From: Candidatus Adlerbacteria bacterium RIFCSPHIGHO2_12_FULL_53_18 | Lineage (GTDB): Bacteria > Patescibacteriota > Minisyncoccia > Phycocordibacterales > SBAW01 | Length of the DNA stretch: 64,000 nt | Assembly (NCBI GenBank): GCA_001775475.1 | Contig: MEWW01000010.1 | Location: 5,143 to 69,142, forward strand | Direction of reading: 5' to 3' | Shown: positions 17,207 to 26,955 of the stretch, piece after piece | Layout: each line of letters starts with the position of its first letter | Position numbering within the stretch: the first letter of the stretch is position 1 | Translations under genes and position numbers: made by a program | The notes under the pieces: model-generated | Told to the model about the DNA's origin: nothing | What the model saw: only the letters and a program-made list of their open reading frames with translations | Databases searched by the model: none

Positions 17207-18184
17207 ATGCGCGTCCTCGCCCCCACCCAGGGCGAGGCGCTTTCTTTTTTTCACTATCCGCGCTACAAGTGTCTTGTGCCTACTCGTAAAATCATCGCCG
17301 TTGTGGGCCCCACCAGCTCGGGCAAAAGTGCCTTGGGCATTTACCTTGCGCAAAAGCTCGGCGGCGAGGTTATATCCGCCGACTCGCGGCAGGTGTACAA
17401 AGGGCTCGACATCGGCACCGGCAAAGTAACGAAGAAAGAAATGGCGGGTGTCCCTCACCACCTGCTTGATGTCGCATCGTCCAAGAAAGTCTTTACCGCC
17501 GATGATTTTGTAAAGAAAGCGGAGCGGGTAATAAATACTTCGATATATCGAAGTATTTTGCCTATTATAGTTGGCGGCACGGGGTTTTATGTAGACGCGC
17601 TGCTCGGAAGGCTCGTGATCCCGAATGTGCCTCCCAATCCTGCCCTGCGCGCCAGGTTAGAAAAAAAGAATATTGAAGAGCTTTATACTATGCTGAAGAA
17701 AAAAGACTTTGCGCGGGCAAAGACAATAGAACCTAAACACAAACGGCGTATTATACGAGCAATTGAAATTGCCACGGCGCTTGGGAAAAACCCCACGCCC
17801 GCTAAAAATGAGAAGTATGAGGTGCTCTGGCTCGGTCTCTCCCCCGCCCCTGCTAAACTAAAATCAAATATTCATAAGCGCCTTCTGGCACGGATGAAGC
17901 AAGGCATGATTGCCGAGGCAAAGCGGCTACACGCGCAAGGTCTCTCCTACAAGCGCATGGAAGAACTGGGCTTAGAGTATCGGGCGCTTGCGCGGCACCT
18001 CCAGGGTAAAACTACCCGGGCAGAAATGTTGGCCAAACTTGAGCGCGAAATAAATAAGTACGCCAAGCGGCAAATGCGCTGGTTTAAGCGCAACAAAGAT
18101 ATCCGCTGGGTCGGAGACAAAGCGGAGGCTCTAAAGCTGAGCGAGGCATTTTTACAGGGTCGCATTCGTAGAGTATCTTTATAA
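17207..18184 (+). CDS. miaA: tRNA dimethylallyltransferase
   Basis: IIAVVGPTSSGKSALGIYLAQKLGGEVISADSRQVYKGLDIGTGK (P-loop), DPKH-like region. The exact start is uncertain (GTG/TTG alternatives near 17276). Confidence 0.8.
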   Translation: MRVLAPTQGEALSFFHYPRYKCLVPTRKIIAVVGPTSSGKSALGIYLAQKLGGEVISADSRQVYKGLDIGTGKVTKKEMAGVPHHLLDVASSKKVFTADDFVKKAERVINTSIYRSILPIIVGGTGFYVDALLGRLVIPNVPPNPALRARLEKKNIEELYTMLKKKDFARAKTIEPKHKRRIIRAIEIATALGKNPTPAKNEKYEVLWLGLSPAPAKLKSNIHKRLLARMKQGMIAEAKRLHAQGLSYKRMEELGLEYRALARHLQGKTTRAEMLAKLEREINKYAKRQMRWFKRNKDIRWVGDKAEALKLSEAFLQGRIRRVSL

Positions 18185-18185
18185 A

Positions 18186-18731
18186 GTGATAGTCTTTGTT
18201 TTTCTTGCACTTGGTTATACAACAGTAATAGTGCTTGGTTTGCTTTGGTTTTATGACACATTTTGGGGCGGAGAAGACTTTGCAACGTCAGAACATGCCA
18301 TTCAAAAGATCAGCGAGATAGTTTCTGCCAAAAAGTCAGATGGACTTTTGTACGACCTTGGAAGTAGTCGTGGACATGTTGTATTCAGTCTGCTGAAAAG
18401 AGTCCCTAACTTACAGACTGTTGGAATAGACAATAGTTACTTAAGAGTTTGGAGTGCAAGATTATTGAGCTTCTTTTATGACGGTAATCCCATATTTAAA
18501 AAAGGAGATTTCTTTAATACAGATATCTCTCGAGCCGACTTTGTATATCTCTATGTTCCAAGAGAACTGCTCCCTACCCTGGCACTAAAGCTGAAAAAAG
18601 AACTTAAACCTGGAGCACAAATAATTACATACCGTATTACATTTTCTGACTGGAAACCTGAGCAAGTCTTTTTAGTAGATTCTAAAGATCCTGAAAAAGA
18701 AAACGTATACGTCTATTCGAGCGGGCGATGA
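18186..18731 (+). CDS. small class I SAM-dependent methyltransferase-like protein (low-GC gene)
   Basis: N-terminal TM, GxGxG-like LYDLGSSRGHV, acidic loop GIDNS. Local GC is markedly lower than the flanks. The last ~10 nt overlap the tRNA-Trp 3' end. Confidence 0.4.
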   Translation: MIVFVFLALGYTTVIVLGLLWFYDTFWGGEDFATSEHAIQKISEIVSAKKSDGLLYDLGSSRGHVVFSLLKRVPNLQTVGIDNSYLRVWSARLLSFFYDGNPIFKKGDFFNTDISRADFVYLYVPRELLPTLALKLKKELKPGAQIITYRITFSDWKPEQVFLVDSKDPEKENVYVYSSGR

Positions 18732-18792
18732 GGGAATCGAACCCCCAATAGTGGTTTTGGAGACCACTGTTATACCATTTAACTAATCGCCC
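18722..18792 (-). tRNA. tRNA-Trp (anticodon CCA)
   Basis: GGGCGAT-TA-GTTA AATGGTA TAAC-A-GTGGT CTCCAAA ACCAC-TATTG-GGGGG TTCGATT CCCTC-ATCGCCC-G. Confidence 0.8.
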
Positions 18793-18809
18793 TGTGGCGA
18801 CAGTGTATC

Positions 18810-18965
18810 TTATTTTTTCGCTTCTTTAAAGACGACGTGCTTGCGGAGCTTTTTGCTGTACTTTTTGAGCTCAATCTTGCGCGTAACAAGCTTCTTGTTT
18901 TTGGTAGTCCAATATACCTCGCCCGTCGGCGCATGCTTTAAAATGATGAGGCTATCCTGCGACAT
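18810..18965 (-). CDS. rpmG: 50S ribosomal protein L33 (51 aa; below the ORF-track cutoff)
   Basis: Manual translation MSQDSLIILKHAPTGEVYWTTKNKKLVTRKIELKKYSKKLRKHVVFKEAKK* matches the L33 consensus (..TTKNK.....KLELKKY.P..RKHV.YKE.K). The conserved tRNA-Trp/rpmG adjacency is present. Confidence 0.7.
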   Translation of the reverse strand: MSQDSLIILKHAPTGEVYWTTKNKKLVTRKIELKKYSKKLRKHVVFKEAKK

Positions 18966-18986
18966 AGGGTTAAAACTATATACCAC

Positions 18987-19679
18987 CTACCGCAAGAGGT
19001 CAAATGACGTCCCGTTCCAGAGTGCGACGGTAGTCCCCTCCTCATAGCTGGACCCGTTCCATATGTATCTAACTATTCGAGTCAAATAGCCCGTGTCTCC
19101 ATGTACTGACAAAAGTAAATCACTGTAACTGTTGGTCTTTGTGGAAAGGATCCCTACCCACTCATAGGTAAGCGTGGTAAATATGAGCTGCCACTTTGTA
19201 CCATTTTTTTTGTGAATATCCACGGGGCAGCCGGCTGTTCCACAATAACCCGGCATATCGAGGCGTACGAACGCCTCTGTCGTGCCGTCTCCGTCGAGGT
19301 CCTGTAGAGCCACACCAATTATAGGTTCCGGTGCCGTGGGGTAGAACTTTTTGTAGTCTTCAAACTCTACTTTATAAAGTGCGTATAAGTCTCCGCTTCC
19401 GCCCGTCGAGGTGGCTACGTTGGAAAATGCAAGGCGCTTCGCTCCAAGCGTTGCAAACACCGACGCATAAGACATATCCGGATCGATTTCAGCTCCTTGT
19501 GAGGACACTGGCACCGTTACCGTTTGAGTGTAGTCCGGGTTGGTGGAAATTGACTGGTTTTGCCCCCCAAGCTCTACCGGTGTGTTATCGCTTTCCTGCA
19601 GCAGGTACCAAACTCCCACTCCTCCTAACCCGAGAAGGGCCACCACTGCTATCAAAATACTGAGAGTTTTTATCTGCAT
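18987..19679 (-). CDS. membrane-anchored secreted hypothetical protein
   Basis: N-terminal TM (LSILIAVVALLGLGGVGVWYLL) then a Thr/Gly-rich extracytoplasmic domain. No family recognised. Confidence 0.45.
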   Translation of the reverse strand: MQIKTLSILIAVVALLGLGGVGVWYLLQESDNTPVELGGQNQSISTNPDYTQTVTVPVSSQGAEIDPDMSYASVFATLGAKRLAFSNVATSTGGSGDLYALYKVEFEDYKKFYPTAPEPIIGVALQDLDGDGTTEAFVRLDMPGYCGTAGCPVDIHKKNGTKWQLIFTTLTYEWVGILSTKTNSYSDLLLSVHGDTGYLTRIVRYIWNGSSYEEGTTVALWNGTSFDLLR

Positions 19680-19682
19680 ATG

Positions 19683-20900
19683 TTATTGCAAAATTATACT
19701 CCTCGCGTTTGCCACGTTAGGTACGTACGAACGGGTTTCGGCGTAGCCCGAGTTTGCCGTACACTGCCACCAGGTTTGGCCCGGACAGTCGAAGCTTCGG
19801 TTATTTGCTCTGGGGCCTCCATTGTACGCTGCTATCGTGTTGGTACTTCTGCCAAACTGGCCTTCCATTTGAGTTAAATATTTAACGCCAAGCGTCATGT
19901 TGTAGACAGGATCTTTCAAACGAGCGGTGATTTCCGAGTTCGACAGCCCCGCAAGAGACGAGTCGAGCCCCCTTGCAGTGTCAGGGCATACCTGCATTAA
20001 CCCGACACAGCGGGCAGGGCTCACCGCCCCCGCGTTGCCGTTAGACTCAATCGCCATCACTGCTTGTGCCATTTCACAGTCACTGTAACCCTGCTGTCTG
20101 CAAATGGTCTGCAGTTGTGCGGCATACTGGTTAGTGCCTTGTATTTTTGCCTCAAGCTGGGCGACAGAGAAGATGCGTGCGTTCGGGTCGGTGGTGAGCG
20201 GCCCGGTTAAGCCTGCGGTCGTGGACACGATAGTGGGTTCGACTTGGTCGCAAGCTTCTTGAAATTGACATGAAGAATTAACACAGACTTGCTGCATCTG
20301 GTTGTACTTGTATCCATTGGGACATGTGACTTGTATGACACTGCCTGGTGACGACCCTGAGGGGGCCGAAATGGCTTTAATTGGAAGAGGGGTGGTTGGA
20401 ATAACCTCGCCAAGAAGATCACTCAAACTTGCGTTTCTTAAGCGCTCTTCCCTGCTGCACTGGAGTTCGTTCCAGCTACCTCCTATCCAAAAGTCCTGGT
20501 CAAACACGACGCTCAGCAGAGTCTGCACAACAAGGTAGGCTGAAATCGCGATTAAAAAGCCGATGAGTACACTTTTAAATATCTTATGTGCCTTGCTTAT
20601 CTGAGTGGGGTTTGAGCCTCCGGTCACATAGAGAAACCCGGCATAGGCAAACATTGCCGCCGCGACTGAGACTGAAAGTCCGATAAGGAAGTTGATAATG
20701 TTCTGCATCAACTGCCCCAGGCTGCATAGATCGCAACCTGTAGTTGTTCTTATGTATTCGCTGTAAGCGGGAGTATTCTGTTCTGGTATCGGCCCTTCCC
20801 ACACTCCACAAGGGACTAACCCCTGCGCGTCCGCAATCAGAGGAATGGAGAGCCACAACAATGCAGCTACAAAAAAGAGCAAAGCACGCTGCTTTTGCAT
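19683..20900 (-). CDS. fusion protein: VirB2/TrbC-like pilin module (signal peptide + two TM helices) + Cys-rich linker + family-1 lytic transglycosylase (SLT) domain
   Basis: Signal peptide ending ADAQG. TM1 INFLIGLSVSVAAAMFAYAGFLYV, short loop, TM2 SVLIGFLIAISAYLVVQTLL, the same layout as the 32.2-33.7 kb pilin paralogs. C-terminal SLT motifs AIESNGNAGAVSPARCVGLMQV (catalytic Glu; ES..S.AxGLMQ) and AAYNGGP. Confidence 0.6.
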   Translation of the reverse strand: MQKQRALLFFVAALLWLSIPLIADAQGLVPCGVWEGPIPEQNTPAYSEYIRTTTGCDLCSLGQLMQNIINFLIGLSVSVAAAMFAYAGFLYVTGGSNPTQISKAHKIFKSVLIGFLIAISAYLVVQTLLSVVFDQDFWIGGSWNELQCSREERLRNASLSDLLGEVIPTTPLPIKAISAPSGSSPGSVIQVTCPNGYKYNQMQQVCVNSSCQFQEACDQVEPTIVSTTAGLTGPLTTDPNARIFSVAQLEAKIQGTNQYAAQLQTICRQQGYSDCEMAQAVMAIESNGNAGAVSPARCVGLMQVCPDTARGLDSSLAGLSNSEITARLKDPVYNMTLGVKYLTQMEGQFGRSTNTIAAYNGGPRANNRSFDCPGQTWWQCTANSGYAETRSYVPNVANARSIILQ

Positions 20901-20932
20901 GGTTTTATTGTAGCACCTAATTTTTATACAAG

Positions 20933-21016
20933 TGCGCCGGGTAGGATTCGAACCTACGTAGCCACAAGGGCGCTTGGTTTACAGCCAAGTGCGATTGACC
21001 GCTCCGCCACCGACGC
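20933..21016 (-). tRNA. tRNA-Tyr (anticodon GTA), long variable arm
   Basis: GCGTCGG...CTTGG CTGTAAA CCAAG-CGCCCTTGTGGCT-ACGTAGG TTCGAAT CCTAC-CCGGCGC-A, 84 nt. Confidence 0.75.
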
Positions 21017-21060
21017 AAGAACCTCCTTACTTTACACCGTTTAGCTGCAATTGTCAGCGC

Positions 21061-22299
21061 TCAAAAATTTTCGGCAATCGCCGGAGCTTTTTGCGTATGA
21101 GGCTGCTCCCATAAGTCCCATAGATGCTTGGCCACATGCACCGGCGTGCCATAGAGAGGTTCCAAGTGCAGGTCTATCCATGGCAGCGAGTTTGCCTCGA
21201 TTATTCCCCACATTTGGGATTGAGGGCTCTCTTTCGGATTTTGAATAATCAAATCAAATCCGACCACCGGAAGCTTCGTAAGCCTGGCTGCGCGCTCTAT
21301 CTCTTTTTTAAGCTCGGGGTGTATGTCGGTACCGTGTTCCCACGTCCTGCCGCCGGACAAACGACCTGCCCAGTAAACCAGCGGGAGCATCTTGCCCTTC
21401 TCTAACACGCTATCTAGCGTATAACCGCGCCGCTCAACATAGCACTCGTGCAGAGGAGTAATCTCTATATCTTCAACCCGCACAGGTTTGTTTTTATTTT
21501 CCCTCTCGACGAGCTCACGGACGGTCGAGCTGCCGTCGCCCACGACCGTCGGATATTTAGACTCTAAAAACCCGATCATCTGGCCGTTGACGCAGGTGGC
21601 GCGGCCGACATTTCCCTCCAGATGCTGCTCGATAGCTACCCAATGGCAAAGTTTTTTAGCGGACGCAAATGCCTTTACGAGCTCTGCGGAAGTTGAAACA
21701 TGAGGAAAGGTATGCCGTCCGTTTGAGCCGGTACGCGGCTTAACACACGCGGTACCTAACTGTTTGAGCGCGGCGCTCGCCTGGTGCAGAGTTGAGACAC
21801 TGAAAGAGAGGGGTGCGGCAACTCCTGCCTCTTTAAACTTCTGCTTTAACAGATGTTTGTCGTCGGCCCACAGCGTTCCTGCGCGGTATATGGGTGGTAT
21901 GGGTAGGCTGTAAAAAATGCGCATCATGCCGAAAATATTGGCCTCAAAAAACTCGGTGGGGATTCCAAATACAAAAAACTGCTGCATGGGGATGCCGCGC
22001 AGCCGTGCCTCTTGCCATACTGCGCGTGAGCGCTTGGTGCACGCCTGCTCTAAATCGTCATTACGAGACACAACGTGTAAGAACTCTGCCGCCCGAAACA
22101 AAGGCGGCAACACCGGCGCCACCAGACGGGCAAAGCCGCGCGAGCATGCAGAGAAAAAAGCGGAAAGCCGTGTAGGAGCCCCAAGCGAGCTTATGCCGAT
22201 TTCAAGCGTACTGCTCACCCATACAGACCAATGGTCGGCTGAGACCGCGCCGCACTCAGAGCAGTATTTTTGGATGCCCTTTCCTACAGTGAGTTGCAC
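21061..22299 (-). CDS. ATP-grasp peptide-ligase-like protein (cyanophycin synthetase/RimK-like ATP-grasp domain) with an N-terminal CxxC motif
   Basis: ACVKPRTGSNGRHTF (ATP-grasp K-loop), VVGDGSSTVRELVERENKN (CphA-like GDG.sTi.eLi), C-terminal acidic/Mg-binding region FDLIIQNP. 412 aa, no Mur-ligase domain. Confidence 0.45.
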   Translation of the reverse strand: MQLTVGKGIQKYCSECGAVSADHWSVWVSSTLEIGISSLGAPTRLSAFFSACSRGFARLVAPVLPPLFRAAEFLHVVSRNDDLEQACTKRSRAVWQEARLRGIPMQQFFVFGIPTEFFEANIFGMMRIFYSLPIPPIYRAGTLWADDKHLLKQKFKEAGVAAPLSFSVSTLHQASAALKQLGTACVKPRTGSNGRHTFPHVSTSAELVKAFASAKKLCHWVAIEQHLEGNVGRATCVNGQMIGFLESKYPTVVGDGSSTVRELVERENKNKPVRVEDIEITPLHECYVERRGYTLDSVLEKGKMLPLVYWAGRLSGGRTWEHGTDIHPELKKEIERAARLTKLPVVGFDLIIQNPKESPQSQMWGIIEANSLPWIDLHLEPLYGTPVHVAKHLWDLWEQPHTQKAPAIAENF

Positions 22300-22320
22300 C
22301 TGGTTATGGTACTACGAACA

Positions 22321-22340
22321 AAGCCCCCGAGGGGGCTTTT
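22321..22340. promoter_or_regulatory. perfect 20-nt palindrome aaagcccccgagggggcttt in the divergent intergenic region
   Basis: Seen directly; it sits immediately 5' of the ATP-grasp gene start. It could be a 5'-UTR hairpin or an operator. Confidence 0.4.
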
Positions 22341-22573
22341 AACCTTAAGTGTGTCCTCCGCCGAGCAACATAGAAAAGAGAGTTAATCTGATACCCTTTA
22401 ATTATGCCACGCGCTACCCTTCCCCACTTACCCACTGGGGATAGTGACTTTTTGGCACGAGGTTTTATGGAGAAAGTCCCGGCCAGTACTCGACAAAACG
22501 GGATTTTTACTTTACTTTAAGCAACTAGTTACTTGGCCCGGCCACTCCTAGTGGCGCACAATCGAGGAGTTCT

Positions 22574-23335
22574 TTGATGAAGCCCTTTATTAAGGATCTG
22601 CGTAGAGCTACGCTTAAAGGAGCGGGAATGACCAGCTTTGACGTCCTGACTGTCGGGGAAAGGGTCGGCATACTCGGCGACCGGCGCTACGGCATCAAGC
22701 GCAAGCCGGCCTCTACCCCCGATGAGTGGGGGCCCAAAGGAAAATTCTATGTGGCAATGAACACGCCGGTCATGCCTGCCGAACACCCTGTCTACAACAC
22801 TGGTTTGGCCGGTCCGGACGGCATGAGCCAGCTCGACTTCGACTACCTCACGGAGCTTGCGACCAGGATCGGCGTTGAAGGACCGCTCGCCGTGCTCGAC
22901 ACCAAGGGCAAGTTTAACCTCACTGACGACAAGGAGCCGTATGTGTCGTTTCTCAACCTTGCATCGGTGCAGGCCCTCGACGAGTGGCTTGGGCATGAAA
23001 TCAATCCTGCTCGCTTTCGCATGAACGTGTGGTTGGGCGATCTCGACCCGTTTGCCGAGCTCATGTGGGTCAACGGCTACCCGGGAACCTACGAATTCCA
23101 GCTCGGCGAAGTCCGCTTCCGCGTCGAAGACGTCTGCGAACGGTGCAGGGCAACGGAGGCCAACCCGGAGACCGGTGTCTACGACCTCCCCATCCTCGCC
23201 GCGCTTGAGAAGATGATGAAAGAGCGCGGCTACGCCGGTTCTCCGAAACGCAAGAAGTTCGAGGTGATGGGTGTTCTCGCTCGCCCTCTCAACTCCGGCA
23301 AAATCAAAAAGGGAGACAGTCTGACCTTCCTTTAG
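22574..23335 (+). CDS. MOSC domain-containing protein
   Basis: MOSC beta-barrel signature ARFRMNVWLGDLDPF..., GEVRFRVEDVCERCRATEANPETG (conserved Cys), 253 aa. Confidence 0.6.
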   Translation: MMKPFIKDLRRATLKGAGMTSFDVLTVGERVGILGDRRYGIKRKPASTPDEWGPKGKFYVAMNTPVMPAEHPVYNTGLAGPDGMSQLDFDYLTELATRIGVEGPLAVLDTKGKFNLTDDKEPYVSFLNLASVQALDEWLGHEINPARFRMNVWLGDLDPFAELMWVNGYPGTYEFQLGEVRFRVEDVCERCRATEANPETGVYDLPILAALEKMMKERGYAGSPKRKKFEVMGVLARPLNSGKIKKGDSLTFL

Positions 23336-23375
23336 TCACGGCTGCCAGAACTCCCCGCCGTTCACTTACGAAGTA

Positions 23376-23416
23376 CGCCCACTCGGCCTTCTTGAGTGGG
23401 CGGCTTTTTCTTTTTG
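23376..23416. terminator. bidirectional rho-independent terminator between the MOSC gene and clpB
   Basis: cgcccactc-ggccttctt-gagtgggcg hairpin then gctttttctttttgg. Confidence 0.7.
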
Positions 23417-23426
23417 GCACGGGGCT

Positions 23427-26126
23427 TTACGCCCCTATTTTCTCTTCGGTGAGCATAGCGGCTGGGACTTTGACTCCCCTGCCCTTGCCGGTTTTTTTGA
23501 CGTCAAAGACGAACTCGCCGTTTTTGTGGCCCACCGAAACAGAGCCGCCGGAAAGTACGCCTCGAGAGACCATTAGGCTCGCTACTTTGGTCAAAATTTT
23601 ATCCTGTATTAAGCGGCGCAGGGGGCGCGCACCGTAGTGCGGGTTGTAACCCTCTTTTGACAAGTACTCATACACCTCCGGAGCGATATTGAGCGTAATT
23701 TCTTTTTGCGCCAGACGCTCCACCACTTCTTTAACCTGAATGTTCACTATTTCTTTGATTGCCACAGGCGAAAGGATGTTGAAGATGATGATCTCGTCTA
23801 TGCGGTTGAGGAACTCGGGGCGGAAGTAGTCTTTAAGCGCGTTCTGCACCTTCTCCTTCGCCATGATGTAGTTTTGTGCGTCGCTAGAACCTGCAACCGC
23901 AAAGCCAATCTGCTCCATCTTGTCGATGTAGGTCGCGCCGATATTGGAGGTCATTATGATGACGGTGTTGCGGAAGTTGACCTTGCGCCCCTTGGCGTCG
24001 GTCAAGTAGCCGTTGTCCAAGACCTGCAAGAGGATGTTAAACACCTCCGGATGCGCTTTCTCGATTTCGTCGAATAGGAGCACGGCATACGGGCGGTGGC
24101 GCACAAGCTCGGTTAGTGCCCCGCCCTCTTCGTGGCCTACATAGCCGGGGGGGGCGCCGATGATTTTTGAAACACTGTGCTTTTCCATGTACTCCGACAT
24201 ATCAACGCGTATAAGCGCTTTTTCGTCGTCAAACATGAACTGCGCCAAGGCGCGCGTAAGCTCGGTTTTGCCGACACCTGTGGGCCCCAAGAACATAAAT
24301 GAAGCTATGGGGCGGTTAGGGTCGGCAATGCCCGCGCGGCTGCGCTTAACCGCATCCGCTACTTTTTGCACTGCTTCTTCCTGGCCGACCACACGCTGTT
24401 TGAGCTCGGTCTCGATGCGCATCAAACGCGCCGCCTCCTCCTCGAGCATTCGAGAAACGGGGATGCCCGTCCACTTGGCGACAATTGAAGCAATGTCCGC
24501 GCTGGCTATCTCCTCCTTGAGGAGGCGGCGTGAGCTCTGGAGCTTTTTGAGCTTCTTTGTCTTTTGTTCAAGCTCTCTTTCAAGCGAAGGGATTTCTCCG
24601 TAGCGGATTTCCGCCGCGCGAGACAGGTCTACCGCGGCTTCGGCAGAGTCAGCTTCCAGGCGCAGGCTTTCAAGCTCTTTCTTGATTGACTTGATGTCGG
24701 AGAGTATCTGCTTCTCGTTTTTCCAGCGCAGCTCAATCTCACTTGTCTTCTCTTTTAGCTCGGCTATCTCGCGCTCAATTTCCTTTACACGGCTTTTAAC
24801 CGTCTTACTGCCGTCGGCACTCTCGGCCTCCTTGCGCAGAGCTTCTTTCTCAACCTCCAGGCGCATAATCCTGCGGTGCGCGTCTTCGAGCATCGGCGGT
24901 TTGTTTTCTAGGCTTATGCGTAGTGCTGAGGACGCCTCGTCAATGAGGTCTATCGCTTTGTCAGGGAGAAAACGATCCGGAATATAGCGGGCAGAGAGTT
25001 CTACCGCCGCCACGATGGCGTCGTCGGTGATGCGCACGCCATGAAAGAGCTCGTACTTCTCTTTAAGGCCACGCAAAATCGAGATGGCGTCGTCTGTTGT
25101 CGGCTCGAGCACATACACCGGTTGGAAACGGCGCTGAAACGCCGGGTCTCGTTCGATGTGCTTTTGATACTCCTTAAGAGTCGTGGCACCTATGAGGTGC
25201 AGATCGCCCCGCGCCAGCGCGGGTTTGAGCATGTTGCTTGCGTCCATAGCGCCCTCTGCGGCGCCCGCGCCTATCATCGTGTGTATCTCGTCGACAAAGA
25301 GAATGATCTTCCCTTCCGAGCGCTCAATCTCTTTTATGATGGCTTTGAGGCGCTCCTCAAACTCACCGCGGTACTTGGTACCTGCAATAAGGGCGCCCAG
25401 GTCGAGCGACACCAAGTCTTTGTCCTTGAGACTCTCCGGACAGTCGCCCATCGCAATGCGCGTAGCAAGCCCCTCGGCGATAGCCGTCTTACCGACTCCC
25501 GCCTCGCCTATCAAAATCGGATTATTTTTTGTGCGGCGCGAGAGTATCTGAATAACACGCTTAATCTCCTCGTCGCGACCTATAACCGGATCGAGCTTGT
25601 TCTCCGTTGCCATTTTAGTCAAAGAGCGCGTGTACTTGGGCAGCGCGCGGAACTTCTTCCCCTCTCCGCTTGCCGGCTTGGCTGAGCGTAGCTCTGTAAG
25701 TGCGCGCACGGTTGCTTCGCGGGTAATCCGGAAGCGCGCCAAAATCTCGCGCACGCTGCCCGCAACGTCAAAGAGCGATATAAAAAGGTGTTCGGTCGAG
25801 ACAAACTCGTCGTGGAGTTCGGTCGCGACTTTTGCCGAACGCTCGAGCGCCTGCACAAGGTCGGGTGTGAGATACAACTGGTATGAGGGAGAAAGCACTG
25901 AGCTTGCCTGCCCGCCTTCCAAACTCTCAAGTACGGTGTCAGTCAAAAGGATGACGTCAACGTCGAGCTTGTCGAGTACGGAGGCTACTAATGACTCTTC
26001 TTGCAACAAAAGAGCCCCCAGGAGGTGCAGGGGTGATACTTGGTTCTGGCCGCGCTCTACCGCAAGCTCATGAGCGCGGCGCACGGCCTCTTTGGCCTTA
26101 GTGGTGAAATGGTTGAATGGGGGCAT
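23427..26126 (-). CDS. clpB: ATP-dependent chaperone ClpB
   Basis: N-domain, two AAA+ modules ([20 protein letters not shown] Walker A), a long middle coiled coil, 899 aa. Confidence 0.9.
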   Translation of the reverse strand: MPPFNHFTTKAKEAVRRAHELAVERGQNQVSPLHLLGALLLQEESLVASVLDKLDVDVILLTDTVLESLEGGQASSVLSPSYQLYLTPDLVQALERSAKVATELHDEFVSTEHLFISLFDVAGSVREILARFRITREATVRALTELRSAKPASGEGKKFRALPKYTRSLTKMATENKLDPVIGRDEEIKRVIQILSRRTKNNPILIGEAGVGKTAIAEGLATRIAMGDCPESLKDKDLVSLDLGALIAGTKYRGEFEERLKAIIKEIERSEGKIILFVDEIHTMIGAGAAEGAMDASNMLKPALARGDLHLIGATTLKEYQKHIERDPAFQRRFQPVYVLEPTTDDAISILRGLKEKYELFHGVRITDDAIVAAVELSARYIPDRFLPDKAIDLIDEASSALRISLENKPPMLEDAHRRIMRLEVEKEALRKEAESADGSKTVKSRVKEIEREIAELKEKTSEIELRWKNEKQILSDIKSIKKELESLRLEADSAEAAVDLSRAAEIRYGEIPSLERELEQKTKKLKKLQSSRRLLKEEIASADIASIVAKWTGIPVSRMLEEEAARLMRIETELKQRVVGQEEAVQKVADAVKRSRAGIADPNRPIASFMFLGPTGVGKTELTRALAQFMFDDEKALIRVDMSEYMEKHSVSKIIGAPPGYVGHEEGGALTELVRHRPYAVLLFDEIEKAHPEVFNILLQVLDNGYLTDAKGRKVNFRNTVIIMTSNIGATYIDKMEQIGFAVAGSSDAQNYIMAKEKVQNALKDYFRPEFLNRIDEIIIFNILSPVAIKEIVNIQVKEVVERLAQKEITLNIAPEVYEYLSKEGYNPHYGARPLRRLIQDKILTKVASLMVSRGVLSGGSVSVGHKNGEFVFDVKKTGKGRGVKVPAAMLTEEKIGA

Positions 26127-26136
26127 ATATCCTATA

Positions 26137-26937
26137 TCACGAACTGGAGACGGTATTTATTACAGTGGCGGGCGCAGAGGGCATTGTAATAATAGTGTAC
26201 GAATCATTATTAGGACTTAATGAAGGCGTTGCGATGCCTACAACTTCGCCGAAGATGGTGAGTAGCACCGAGCCCGGCGTTGCCGAGGCCACACTTGCCT
26301 CAACTACCTGCCGGTCGCCTTCTGCCGCGGGCAGGGCCGCAATAACACCCTGGCTCACGGTGTCACTTCCGCTTCCACTGATGCGGAGCACCGTCTGGCC
26401 AAGAGTAAGCTTTGCTGGGTCGGTCAAGGTCGCTTGCACGAAGCCTGTCGAGGTACCTACGTTCACGTCTATAAACACGGCTGCCGTTGCAGCATTGTCG
26501 TCCCGCACCGTAAGTGCAACCCGCTCGCCCGAGTAGAGTATCGCCTCAAGGTTACGGTTCTCTGCCGCAGCAAGCGCCGCACGGTCGGTAACGGCAAGAC
26601 CCCGTTGGTCTAAGATGACACCACGCGCCAATACTTCGCCCTCACCCTCTCGCACAATGCGTATGACGCTCTTTTGCACGGTGGCAATAGACTGAGGCAC
26701 CAGCTCGTCTTGCTGAATCACGACTGTTTTTTCGGTCGTGGCAGTGGCCGCACCTTGTGTGTCGGGCACTACCGTCTCGACAGTCCTTTCAACGATCTGA
26801 TTAATGACCCTCGTTACTCCCTCCGGCGCCTGGTCCATAAGGGAAACGGTGACAATCCCTGTCGCAATGGATGTGACAAACGACACCAAAAGGGTGAGGA
26901 GCAGTATTTGATGTTTTGTCAGCTGTTCTAGGTCCAT
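26137..26937 (-). CDS. membrane-anchored Thr/Val-rich beta-rich hypothetical protein
   Basis: One N-terminal TM then a low-complexity T/V/A-rich domain. No catalytic motifs seen. Confidence 0.4.
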   Translation of the reverse strand: MDLEQLTKHQILLLTLLVSFVTSIATGIVTVSLMDQAPEGVTRVINQIVERTVETVVPDTQGAATATTEKTVVIQQDELVPQSIATVQKSVIRIVREGEGEVLARGVILDQRGLAVTDRAALAAAENRNLEAILYSGERVALTVRDDNAATAAVFIDVNVGTSTGFVQATLTDPAKLTLGQTVLRISGSGSDTVSQGVIAALPAAEGDRQVVEASVASATPGSVLLTIFGEVVGIATPSLSPNNDSYTIITMPSAPATVINTVSSS

Positions 26938-26955
26938 TGCGAGGATTGTTACATA

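Noticed and set aside
22455-22480. gagaaagtcccggcc, resembling the RNase P RNA P4 motif GGAAAGUCCGGGC
   Set aside because: The match is imperfect (cccggcc versus ccgggc). No flanking P4 partner strand or other conserved RNase P elements are present.
23706-25685. Multiple plus-strand ORFs antisense to clpB (23706..24077, 24160..24603, 24682..24987, 25041..25685 and others)
   Set aside because: They lie wholly inside the well-supported clpB CDS. They are Ser/Arg-rich frame-shadow ORFs typical of high-GC DNA.
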